A stretch of DNA of 20,000 nucleotides from an uncultured virus (IMG/VR IMGVR_UViG_3300030433_003054) (Duplodnaviria > Heunggongvirae > Uroviricota > Caudoviricetes). Shown here piece after piece: positions 8,683-16,613 of the stretch; the first letter of the stretch is position 1; each line of letters opens with the position of its first letter. The translations under genes were made by a program, and so were the position numbers. Under the pieces are notes generated by a model, which was given only the letters and a program-made list of their open reading frames with translations, was not told where the DNA came from and made no database searches. Location of the stretch: IMG/VR virus record IMGVR_UViG_3300030433_003054. One strand, 5' to 3'.

Positions 8683-11334
8683 TTAATAATATCTGCGTCG
8701 TCTAGCGGTATTTCGCCTAGTACGGTGACGTGGATTCGATTTTGTACCGACAATCTGCTGAAAGGTTTTGCCTTCGCTGAGGAGTTTTCGAACCTTGTCT
8801 TCCACAGCGGGAACGTCTTGGGTCTGATATCGCTTCATGGTTTTTGCGATATTATCCACTAAGTCTTGCTGTTTTTTCTGTATCTTAACAAGCTCGGCTT
8901 TGAGTGCTCCCGTTTTACTAGCAATCATCTTTTTCAATATAGGGCCAAATCCCTTAATGCTTTGAAAAAGGGTCAATCCATTGAGCCAATCAAAGATATC
9001 TCTATCAATTTTCTGATCTTTATTCCCCACTTTTATCGTTTGCTGTGGGTATTTAAATTTTTCATCAGGGTTTTTTTTTGAGGGTACATAAAAGTCGTAT
9101 AACGGTTGCTCTGAATAGAGATGGTTATGATCTCTGACACTCATGGGATATGCAAAGTGCATCTGTGGATTCTGTTTGAGCGAAGCCAATCCTTCGGCCC
9201 CTTTATCCAATGCTCCCACTATTCCCTGTAAGAGTCGTCTATCTTCCTCAGACAGTCCATCACTTTGAGTCGCACCGCCAGTTTGAGTCGCACCGCCAGT
9301 TTCGGGTTGACCAGTAAGTTTCTCTTCTTTGTCCTTTATTGCCTCATTCATTTTCTTTTGAAGAGTCTTAAAAGTCTTAGCTGTTGTTTTGTATCCAGCA
9401 TCTTTTAGAGCTTTTTGAATAATCTTAGCGGCATCAGGATATTTGTTGCCTGAATTAATGAGTCTATCAAATGCTTTGTCTATGTAGTCCACACTAAAAT
9501 CAATTTGCTGTTGATCTCCTCTTTTAATCTTCTCATCAAGACCTTCGAAATTGTCAGCAATAGTGGTCGCATCATCTTTTGCATTTTCTAGGGTATATGA
9601 TTCTTTAAACGGCTCTGCGGAGATAGTTACATAACTCTTTATTGTACTTTCCTCCCATGATGGAGTATCTTTGCTCCACATAGGAATATCAAATTTTTCC
9701 TCCACTAGATTGTAATTTTTCTCTAATACAGATTCCAGTTTAGCCACTAGATCATCATACTTCTTTTCAGTGTTTAAAGGTTCGGTTGATTCAATAATCA
9801 AGCTGTAAGTTCCGTTTCCACCAATAGAATCACTATAAAATTGTACTACTGTTCCTTTTTTACTCACACCTTTAATTGAGGTCAGCTTAGATTCTAAGTC
9901 CTTTTCCACCTTCGAAATTAATGTTTTTGATAGCTTTTGTGACTTTTGAGGCTGTGGTGGCTGTGGTGGCTGTGGTGGTGCGACAGTTTTACCTGTTGCT
10001 TTTGCTGCGTCCCGTATAAGCTCTCTATACGAATCGGAGAATGCATCAATATTTGATACACCCACCAATCTAGCTTGACCAGCCAGATCGGAGAAAAATG
10101 CTACCTCTGCGCTGACCTGCTTGGGAGTCGATGAGCCAATTTCTAGGCGCATCGGTACACCATCTTGTATATAGATAACATATCGACCTACAAAGACGTT
10201 TCCATCAGCAAGGTTGTCCATAAAAGACTCAAAGCTGTTTATTTTTTTCGGGGGGTTGAATTTATAGGCCAGTCCAGCACAATGAGGATTCTTTTTACCA
10301 TGCGTCGGGCAATGAGGATTCTTTTTCGTCCCTGCACAATGGCAATGAGGATTGTTGCGACTAGGTACAATTTCGTAATCTGCGTCTTTCAAATCCGCAT
10401 CAGGTATGATGTACATATCCAAATAGTCTATAAAGGTTTTAGGAGCTTTATAGACACCCTCTGAATCATATTCTGAAAAGGATTCCAAATCCCCTAGAAT
10501 ATCCTCTACCTCATATCCCTCTGAACCTAAATATTTGATAGTACCCTTGACTTTGCTACCTCCCGTCAAGAGTAATAAAACATTTCCCATAGAGGAATCA
10601 TAAACAATAGCCTGATAAGGAATACCCTTATGTTCTCCATAAAACTGAGAATATTTTGCATCACGTCCTAGACGATCCAGTTTCGCTAATGTTTGATATA
10701 CCTTGTGGATATCCGATTCGATTTGCTTTTCAGTCGTATATCCCTTTTTGAGCATTTTTCTTAGCCCTTTAAGGTTATCGACAATTGTTTTCCCATCTAT
10801 AACAGGGTTGTGGTGTGTTTGCATTGGGTTGTCCTGTAAAGTAAAATTTAGTGCCTGTTTAAAACTTTTAAAATGATGCAATCTAGGTGGTTCGCCACCA
10901 TATCGTCGCTCATCTATCGTTTCATACCGCTCTCGTGCGTCCTGATACTGTTCCCAGTATTGTTTCGCTTTTGCAAGCTCCAATGGATCACCAGTACGAT
11001 GATATTCGTTCTTAGCTTTTGCAAAAAGCATCGCATAGGCCCCTATTCGGTGTCCATCTCCATCAGGAGTATCTGATTTGCTCTCAAAGATGTTTTTTTT
11101 GTATGGAATTGCCATTGTACCAATAATTGCTTTAATCCCTGTATCGTCACCGAAGGGGATAGTCCTAAAAGACTTGGGTTTAAAATGCTGTGGGTCTATT
11201 TGTCTGAATCGGAGATACCGCTCTGTTTTATCGACCTTCGGAGCAATGTAATCGTTATCACGAAGCCATTTTTTAGCCTGTGTGATATTCCAATCATCAC
11301 GATCGAAGAGGACTGACTGAACGGTGGTACTCAT
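8683..11334 (-). CDS. Modular 883-aa putative virion protein with an N-terminal Tlr6F-like domain; segments separated by NP motifs and low-complexity linkers; Arg-rich C-terminus
   Basis: The N-terminal ~72 aa VQSVLFDRDDWNITQAKKWLRDNDY...VDKTERYLRFRQIDP...GIKAIIG resembles my recollection of the Tlr6F family. Also has NPHC x3, PPQ x3, TGGATQ x2 and the tail SNPRHRTRRNTARRRRYY. Confidence 0.7.
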   Translation of the reverse strand: MSTTVQSVLFDRDDWNITQAKKWLRDNDYIAPKVDKTERYLRFRQIDPQHFKPKSFRTIPFGDDTGIKAIIGTMAIPYKKNIFESKSDTPDGDGHRIGAYAMLFAKAKNEYHRTGDPLELAKAKQYWEQYQDARERYETIDERRYGGEPPRLHHFKSFKQALNFTLQDNPMQTHHNPVIDGKTIVDNLKGLRKMLKKGYTTEKQIESDIHKVYQTLAKLDRLGRDAKYSQFYGEHKGIPYQAIVYDSSMGNVLLLLTGGSKVKGTIKYLGSEGYEVEDILGDLESFSEYDSEGVYKAPKTFIDYLDMYIIPDADLKDADYEIVPSRNNPHCHCAGTKKNPHCPTHGKKNPHCAGLAYKFNPPKKINSFESFMDNLADGNVFVGRYVIYIQDGVPMRLEIGSSTPKQVSAEVAFFSDLAGQARLVGVSNIDAFSDSYRELIRDAAKATGKTVAPPQPPQPPQPQKSQKLSKTLISKVEKDLESKLTSIKGVSKKGTVVQFYSDSIGGNGTYSLIIESTEPLNTEKKYDDLVAKLESVLEKNYNLVEEKFDIPMWSKDTPSWEESTIKSYVTISAEPFKESYTLENAKDDATTIADNFEGLDEKIKRGDQQQIDFSVDYIDKAFDRLINSGNKYPDAAKIIQKALKDAGYKTTAKTFKTLQKKMNEAIKDKEEKLTGQPETGGATQTGGATQSDGLSEEDRRLLQGIVGALDKGAEGLASLKQNPQMHFAYPMSVRDHNHLYSEQPLYDFYVPSKKNPDEKFKYPQQTIKVGNKDQKIDRDIFDWLNGLTLFQSIKGFGPILKKMIASKTGALKAELVKIQKKQQDLVDNIAKTMKRYQTQDVPAVEDKVRKLLSEGKTFQQIVGTKSNPRHRTRRNTARRRRYY
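9264..9299. repeat. 18-bp tandem duplication (TGGATQ x2 linker)
   Basis: TTTGAGTCGCACCGCCAG x2, in frame within the 883-aa gene. Confidence 0.9.
9950..9976. repeat. 9-bp tandem repeat x3 (Pro/Gln linker)
   Basis: GGCTGTGGT x3 encoding PPQ repeats on the minus strand. Confidence 0.9.
10280..10353. repeat. Three spaced copies of CAATGAGGATT encoding NPHC
   Basis: Copies start at 10280, 10310 and 10343. Peptide: RNNPHCHCAGTKKNPHCPTHGKKNPHCAG. Confidence 0.85.
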
Positions 11335-11336
11335 AG

Positions 11337-12194
11337 CTATCTCTTAGGGTTCCAACGCAATTGTCCTACTGCGGGAGAATTAAAGAGCTTCCAATATGCT
11401 TTATGATCTTCTTTATGGGTGATCAAACGCACTCTTACTGTAATAGGTCTTTTACCTAATTTATCTTTGAGGTATTTGTAAGCACCATCGTTTTCAAAAG
11501 AATACACCGCTTCACCTGTTCTTTTATCTTTTCCCTTCACTTGGTGGGTTATGTATTTTACATTGATCTTAAGTTTGCTTCTTGTACTTGATGTTCGACC
11601 TGTTTTTGTTTCCCGACTTGTGTATAATGGAATGAGAGGATCATAAGCCTTTTTGATACCTGTCATGTATGCTCTTGCTGCGGCTCGTGCTGATGGCGCA
11701 CTTGCAAATCCACCCAATATTCTCTCCTTGTCATTTCCCTCATACAGGATTACCATGTAGAGAGTCGATATTTGACCCATCACCTTATCTTCAATATCCC
11801 GAACAGCTACCTTTGATGCTTGTTCTGCTTGTCGTGTATACCTTGCTTGGGGAGATCGGTACTCTTTGGACGGTTGCTTTAAAAACTCTAACATTTCTGC
11901 AAATCTTAGAAGAGTTTTATATTTCTGTCCACCTTTCTTAAACAGCTTCGCTCCCTCTTCATCGGTCGATTTATCTCTGATATCTCGTATGAATTTTGCT
12001 CCACTTTGCAAAGCACTCGGAGAAAATAGCTCAGGGAAATTGCCTAGATATTGCTCAATATGCTTCAAAGTCACGTTCGATGTATCCTTCGCTAGACTCT
12101 TGTTGCCGTTTTGAAGCACCTTAAGGATCGCTTGACGAATCGCTGATTTTCCTGTGGGTACAAATGCTTTCTTTTTCGTTGGGTTGTGTTTCAT
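11337..12194 (-). CDS. Basic hypothetical protein (285 aa), possibly DNA-binding virion protein
   Basis: AAGGA upstream of the ATG; Lys/Arg-rich; begins MKHNPTKKK and ends RWNPKR. Confidence 0.75.
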   Translation of the reverse strand: MKHNPTKKKAFVPTGKSAIRQAILKVLQNGNKSLAKDTSNVTLKHIEQYLGNFPELFSPSALQSGAKFIRDIRDKSTDEEGAKLFKKGGQKYKTLLRFAEMLEFLKQPSKEYRSPQARYTRQAEQASKVAVRDIEDKVMGQISTLYMVILYEGNDKERILGGFASAPSARAAARAYMTGIKKAYDPLIPLYTSRETKTGRTSSTRSKLKINVKYITHQVKGKDKRTGEAVYSFENDGAYKYLKDKLGKRPITVRVRLITHKEDHKAYWKLFNSPAVGQLRWNPKR

Positions 12195-12205
12195 TTTATT
12201 AATCC

Positions 12206-12589
12206 TTACTGTGATGCGGTGATGCGTACATAGATACGGGCTTGGAGTCCAGATGATGTTTCAGCTTGTATGCGTACATATTGGAGAGCCATATCATAAT
12301 TTGAGAATACATAATTGCCTGAACTCATAACCAGCGACAATTGAGGATTCAGATTAAAATACCTAACATCGGCCCCCTCTTGTGCGATACCGCCTTGCAA
12401 AGTAATTTCCACTACCTGAGTCGTGTTGTCACGACTCTCGATCTGTATGGCGATTCTAGGCAATCCCTGTACATTTAAACACTCTGTCCGTACTGTATCG
12501 CCACCAGCTTGTAATTGTATCTGATATTCTTTTGATACAGCACTAGCCGATATTTCGCTTGAACCTATTGCATTGTTACGAATAACCAT
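12206..12589 (-). CDS. Small beta-rich protein (127 aa), candidate jelly-roll minor capsid/vertex protein
   Basis: Alternating hydrophobic beta-strand pattern (RIAIQIES, VVEITLQGG, YVRIQAE, ARIYVRITA); lies in the putative capsid cluster. Function is inference. Confidence 0.6.
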   Translation of the reverse strand: MVIRNNAIGSSEISASAVSKEYQIQLQAGGDTVRTECLNVQGLPRIAIQIESRDNTTQVVEITLQGGIAQEGADVRYFNLNPQLSLVMSSGNYVFSNYDMALQYVRIQAETSSGLQARIYVRITASQ

Positions 12590-12596
12590 GATGAAC

Positions 12597-13175
12597 CTAG
12601 TAAAAGGAGGAGAATATCGTAAATTGAGGGTCAGCAGCTAAAACCTCACCCCATAAAAAATCTAATTTCACTTGCCAATATCGAATAGGATACTCGCCCG
12701 TCGGCTCAAACGATATGTACGTCGCATTTCGTCCACCCTGAGACACAACGAATTGATCACTGACATTGACACAATCTGTCACCTGTACAACAGACTGAGA
12801 ATTATTGGGAGAGATGAATTCTAGGGCCTTAACATCTAGTGATTTTGTTGCACCATCACCAATATTATTGATCACAACATGCAACCTTCCACCACGTCCA
12901 GAACCAGCATATTTCCATATGGCGACTCCCTCTTCTGTACCTCCTCCCGTACTAGATCGAAGGTCAGGGCGAAGATCGAAAACAGGACTTGACCACGTTG
13001 CTTGTTTCCAGTCAGGAGCAGCAGCATTAGCCAGCATCAAGGCAACCTCACCACCGTCCCATAGGCCGATAGGCATACTATTGGGACGGGGATAGGGCAT
13101 TGAGCCGTTAGGATTACGCAGGTATCCTTTATTATTGGGATCTTGGGGTACAAATCCCGTATCTCTAAAATACAT
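12597..13175 (-). CDS. Beta-rich protein (192 aa), candidate minor capsid/penton-type protein
   Basis: Coupled to the upstream gene (TAATG). WSSPVFDLRPDL...GRLHVVI...IRYWQVKLDF looks like a beta-sandwich. Function is inference. Confidence 0.6.
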   Translation of the reverse strand: MYFRDTGFVPQDPNNKGYLRNPNGSMPYPRPNSMPIGLWDGGEVALMLANAAAPDWKQATWSSPVFDLRPDLRSSTGGGTEEGVAIWKYAGSGRGGRLHVVINNIGDGATKSLDVKALEFISPNNSQSVVQVTDCVNVSDQFVVSQGGRNATYISFEPTGEYPIRYWQVKLDFLWGEVLAADPQFTIFSSFY

Positions 13176-13768
13176 TAGCCACCTACTGTATAATTAGAGC
13201 TTCCTCTCATTTCTAGCACGACCAATACAATATCAATACGAAGATTCGGAAATAGAGGACGAATCCCAATTTGCATAGAGGAACCAGTATTAATCGCATA
13301 GCCTGTACCACCCAATTCAGCAGGTTCGGAACCACTACCGCAAATTGTCTTTGCTAGACGTTCTCCGACCAATATCTGATCTCCCGTTGTATAGCTCACA
13401 GAGATGAGGAATTGAGAAAGAGGGTCAGTAGTAAGGGCCACACCAGTAGTAAGCTGTGCATCAGCATTGATAGCTATAAGACGACAAGGCAAATCAAACT
13501 GTATACGTTGGATCGATTGGGTATTTGCCGCACCATTTAAAAGACCCGTTGAGTAGTATCGGGTTTGATATCCAACGGTTTCATTTGTGGAATAAAACGG
13601 GGCCGTCGGGTAAAATGGAGCACGAACAAATTTAGGCTGATCAGGTTGGGTTCCTCCCATATCCTGAGCATAGGGCATTTGTACAAGAGCTTGCTGTGGC
13701 TGTGCGGGACGTTGTGGCTCTTGTCGTCCGTACATTGTCGGCATATTTCCATAAGGATTTTTATACAT
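13175..13768 (-). CDS. Beta-rich protein (197 aa from the revised start), candidate second/small single jelly-roll capsid protein
   Basis: AGGAG-N7-ATG at 13768 (MYKNPYGN). A Gln/Pro-rich N-arm precedes beta strands (IQRIQFD, RLIAINA, FLISVSY, MQIGIRP, LRIDIVLVVLE). Confidence 0.6.
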   Translation of the reverse strand: MYKNPYGNMPTMYGRQEPQRPAQPQQALVQMPYAQDMGGTQPDQPKFVRAPFYPTAPFYSTNETVGYQTRYYSTGLLNGAANTQSIQRIQFDLPCRLIAINADAQLTTGVALTTDPLSQFLISVSYTTGDQILVGERLAKTICGSGSEPAELGGTGYAINTGSSMQIGIRPLFPNLRIDIVLVVLEMRGSSNYTVGG

Positions 13769-13788
13769 CTTTGATCTCCTAGATGCTG

Positions 13789-13824
13789 AATGGGGCAAGG
13801 CATATACAATGCACTTGCCCCATT
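13789..13824. terminator. Strong intergenic hairpin downstream of the putative major capsid gene (partial terminator or mRNA-stabilising stem)
   Basis: AATGGGGCAAG-GCAT-ATACA-ATGC-A-CTTGCCCCATT inverted repeat. The T-tract is on the + strand side (TTTTGTTTT); on the minus strand only TT follows. Confidence 0.65.
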
Positions 13825-13856
13825 TTGTTTTAAAAGTGTAGGATCAACCTAATAGA

Positions 13857-14558
13857 TTATCCAATCTCAATAACGTTCTTATAGAATCCGAAGAGAGCAA
13901 CCTTAACAAATGATGCGTTAGCACCAACGTTGGCGGCACGACTACCGAAACGGAGAAGGATAGAGAAAGTGGTTCCACCGGGTAGGCTTACAGGGTGACG
14001 ACGATACAAGAAGATGTTTGCCGCACCGTTGTTCATGTGACCAGTGTCAGCCTGAGTAGGGGCTGCTTGGTTATCAAGAGCAACACCAACCGCACCGAAA
14101 GCACCGCCACCAGCACCAATAAGATGAAGAGGAGCAATTTCAACGATTGTTTGAGTAAAGTCCCAACTCAGAACAGCATTTTGCTGAATATTCAAAAGCT
14201 CAGTAACAAGAGCATTGGTATTGATAGGTGCGTTCATGGCGAACCCAGCTACACTATCGTCAGCGGCTGAACCTTTACCGACAAGTGCGGAAACACCGTA
14301 AATATCGAATGCAAGCCCATTACTGACCCGACCGGCCTCTTTTTGGGAGGTTTCTGCAATTGTCAAGGAGCTTTGAAAGCCCTGCCCTGAACTAGAAAGA
14401 GGAACGGAAAATAAACGAAAAGTGCTGTTTGCAATAACTGATGCACCAGTAAGAAGCTGTGTACTCCAAATGGTAGTTTCGCCATAACGGAAAAGATTTT
14501 TAGGCTGAGAGAATGGTACTGCGGGGATTGATCCCTGCCCTTCTTTTAAATATTGCAT
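13857..14558 (-). CDS. Putative major capsid protein, single jelly-roll type (233 aa from the revised start)
   Basis: Strong AGGAG RBS before ATG 14558. Gly/Ala-rich, low-charge, beta-rich sequence (FRLFSVP..GQG..LTIAETS..AGRV..FDIYGVS; PVSLPGGTTFSILLRF; FVKVALFG). Followed by a hairpin. Size fits SJR capsid proteins rather than HK97 or DJR. Fold is inference. Confidence 0.6.
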   Translation of the reverse strand: MQYLKEGQGSIPAVPFSQPKNLFRYGETTIWSTQLLTGASVIANSTFRLFSVPLSSSGQGFQSSLTIAETSQKEAGRVSNGLAFDIYGVSALVGKGSAADDSVAGFAMNAPINTNALVTELLNIQQNAVLSWDFTQTIVEIAPLHLIGAGGGAFGAVGVALDNQAAPTQADTGHMNNGAANIFLYRRHPVSLPGGTTFSILLRFGSRAANVGANASFVKVALFGFYKNVIEIG

Positions 14559-14597
14559 GATAACTCCTATAAGCAATAAAATGTTTAAAATGTTTGA

Positions 14598-15938
14598 TTA
14601 TCGTGCCGCACCGATCATGGCGACACCTGAGTAACTATCTGATTCGTATGCTAGTCCAGCCATATCCATTGCGATACCTGAATACCCTTTTGAGGCTCCT
14701 TGATCGAATTTTTGCTGTGCTGCATTGATAGCGGCAATTTTGATTTGAGAGATGGCACGAATTCGGTCAGGTGCGCTCATACGACAAAGTTTAGCGAATC
14801 TATCCCAACCCAATACTTTGATTAACCAGCCCCATCTGTGGCCCATTTTACCAGCATATCGTGATGATCCATCGTGGGAGGAGGAACGATAGGGGCACGC
14901 ACCGAAGATTGCCATGTATCGCTCAGGCCCAGCCGAAGCTGCCATGCGTTCTTTTTGAGAAAGATCGTGACCAACGTGCATAGCATCAACCATCGAAGCA
15001 TCTCCGTACATACCCATATGAGCACCCGCCATAGGTACAACATCATAAGCACCGCCATCACCCATAAAAGCAAGTCCATCGACCGCTTTTTTGCCTTCCT
15101 CTACGATTGCTTCTGCTGAGGCTGCTGACTTGGGGAATAAAGTACCTGCTTTGTGCATAAGATAAAGTTTATGGAATTGTGCCGCACCCGATACTGTTGC
15201 GATCGCTACCGCTGCTGCATTGGCTGTTTGAGCTTTAACCAGCTTGCTCTTTTTGAGAGCATAATTGGTAATTGCTGCCAGTCCCAGACCAACGGCAAAG
15301 ATTCCAGCATATGATTCGCTCTTTTTAAGCCATTGAGGTGCCCATGTTGCTGCTTGGAGCTTCTTAGCTACATAATCATACGACATAGTGAAAGGAACGA
15401 TCACAGCCATACCGATCACAGAACCGCCTAGATATGGAGCCGCCTGTTTGAGCAATGGCACTTTTTTCATGGCTTTTGTGACAGGTTTGAGCAATGCTAA
15501 TTCGGGATTGCGCTTATATGCTGCGTTTCTACGACGACGCATGTATGCTCTACGAGCGGTTTTTCGACGCATACCCTTTTTTGTTCCGTTTTTACGACGT
15601 TTCAGAGCAAGTGCATTTTTACGACGTTTCAGAGCAAGTGCATTTTTACGACGTTTCAGAGCAAGTGCGTTCTTTTTGCGCTTGTGGGCCGCATTTTTTT
15701 TGCGCTTGTGGGCTGCGTTTTTACGACGTTTCATTTTAAGAGGATTCAAACGCAAAACGATAGGCTTCTTTGCTGTTTTTCTTCTCTTAACAGTTCTTCG
15801 CTTCCTAGCATTTGTTTTTCGCTTGACAGGCTTTCTTCGCTTGACAGGATTGCGCTTTTTTCGCTTGGGATTCGATACAAAAAGTGCACCCAATGAGGAC
15901 TTTCTGCGTCGGGGATTGGATCGTAACACGAGGGCCAT
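14598..15938 (-). CDS. Basic core/membrane protein (446 aa from the revised start): Arg/Lys-repeat N-terminal region, about three hydrophobic helices, Gly/Met-rich C-terminal region
   Basis: AGGAG-N5-ATG at 15938 (MALVLRSNPRRRK). About 145 aa of KRRKN-type repeats, then hydrophobic segments YLGGSVIGMAVIVPFTM, YAGIFAVGLGLAAITNY and ANAAAVAIATVSGAA. Confidence 0.75.
   Translation of the reverse strand: MALVLRSNPRRRKSSLGALFVSNPKRKKRNPVKRRKPVKRKTNARKRRTVKRRKTAKKPIVLRLNPLKMKRRKNAAHKRKKNAAHKRKKNALALKRRKNALALKRRKNALALKRRKNGTKKGMRRKTARRAYMRRRRNAAYKRNPELALLKPVTKAMKKVPLLKQAAPYLGGSVIGMAVIVPFTMSYDYVAKKLQAATWAPQWLKKSESYAGIFAVGLGLAAITNYALKKSKLVKAQTANAAAVAIATVSGAAQFHKLYLMHKAGTLFPKSAASAEAIVEEGKKAVDGLAFMGDGGAYDVVPMAGAHMGMYGDASMVDAMHVGHDLSQKERMAASAGPERYMAIFGACPYRSSSHDGSSRYAGKMGHRWGWLIKVLGWDRFAKLCRMSAPDRIRAISQIKIAAINAAQQKFDQGASKGYSGIAMDMAGLAYESDSYSGVAMIGAAR
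15589..15717. repeat. In-frame tandem repeats: 27 bp x3 (ALALKRRKN) plus 24 bp x2 (AAHKRKKN)
   Basis: TTTTTACGACGTTTCAGAGCAAGTGCA x3 (15589-15669, last base variant), then two near-identical 24-mers. Confidence 0.9.
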
Positions 15939-15960
15939 TTTTACTCCTATTTTCATTGAT

Positions 15961-16004
15961 AGTTTGCACCGTTTTGTTTTTGAGTGCAATTTATTTTTTT
16001 GGTT
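15961..16004 (-). promoter_or_regulatory. Putative sigma70-type promoter for the core/capsid genes
   Basis: Minus strand: A-rich UP-like tract, TTGCAC (15989-15984), 17-bp spacer, CAAACT (15966-15961). It overlaps a TTGCAC-N14-GTGCAA inverted repeat. Confidence 0.5.
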
Positions 16005-16023
16005 TTGATCAATAGTGATCAAT
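16005..16023. promoter_or_regulatory. 19-bp TGATCA-N4-TGATCA element, copy 1
   Basis: TTGATCAATAGTGATCAAT is the exact reverse complement of 18931-18949; intergenic. Confidence 0.65.
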
Positions 16024-16025
16024 GG

Positions 16026-16613
16026 TTAATTGACTATTCCTTCGATTTGGCTCTTATAATTTCCACCACAGAGAAAAACTTCACCATCTTTTGCTACCGC
16101 TAGAATAGGTTTGTTTGTCCATTTTTCGTTGCGTTTATATGGTTCTCCGAACGCATGTATGTAATTGGTCAGTCCATCGGACTCTTTGATAGTCCGATAG
16201 ACGATATGGGTGCAATATCCCAGTGGTTTAGCCTTGATATCAGGGTATCGTCGATTGGCCTGATATCCTGACGATAATTTGGCTATCTCTTTTAATTTTT
16301 GAAGAGGCTGTGGATTCTCCTCATAGAGCTTGGCGAATTCTTTTTGTGTTTCAGGGTCAAGTTCGATCATCAAGGGTTTTCTCTTCTTTGCATCATCGAA
16401 AAGTAAATGAGAGGTATGAAGATGAGATTCAGGGATTATCAGGACGATATCAGGCTCCTGTTTTCCATCTTCCTGACTATCCGCTAAATGAATTTCGCAT
16501 ACACGTCCATACTCCACCATATGATTTGAGTGGTGTTTCGATCGTGTATTGATCTTCTTTGACGGTTCCGTACCCCAATGATAGATACGATATGTTTCAG
16601 CTAATTTGCTCAT
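16026..16613 (-). CDS. Hypothetical protein (195 aa), probably virion-associated
   Basis: ATGA overlap with the upstream gene. Distinctive C-terminal pattern IVYRTIK..DG..NYIHAFGE...PILAV..G..FLCGGNY....EGIVN. No function assignable. Confidence 0.7.
   Translation of the reverse strand: MSKLAETYRIYHWGTEPSKKINTRSKHHSNHMVEYGRVCEIHLADSQEDGKQEPDIVLIIPESHLHTSHLLFDDAKKRKPLMIELDPETQKEFAKLYEENPQPLQKLKEIAKLSSGYQANRRYPDIKAKPLGYCTHIVYRTIKESDGLTNYIHAFGEPYKRNEKWTNKPILAVAKDGEVFLCGGNYKSQIEGIVN

Noticed and set aside
8610..8753. 48-aa N-terminal extension of the 445-aa ORF
   Set aside because: It overlaps the upstream gene and the terminator; the paralog alignment starts at Met 8609.
10280..10353. Spaced 11-bp repeats as a mini-CRISPR or iteron set
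   Set aside because: They are too short, lie within a CDS, and their 30/33-bp spacing preserves frame; explained by the NPHC peptide repeat.
15589..15717. 27-bp and 24-bp repeats as a possible CRISPR array
   Set aside because: The repeats are head-to-tail without spacers, are multiples of 3, and encode the basic peptide repeats in frame.
15939..16022. Longest-ORF start of the 474-aa ORF (the same applies to the 239-, 207- and 18946-19329 127-aa ORFs)
   Set aside because: Downstream ATGs have clear SD sequences, and the extensions run through promoter, RBS or hairpin sequence.
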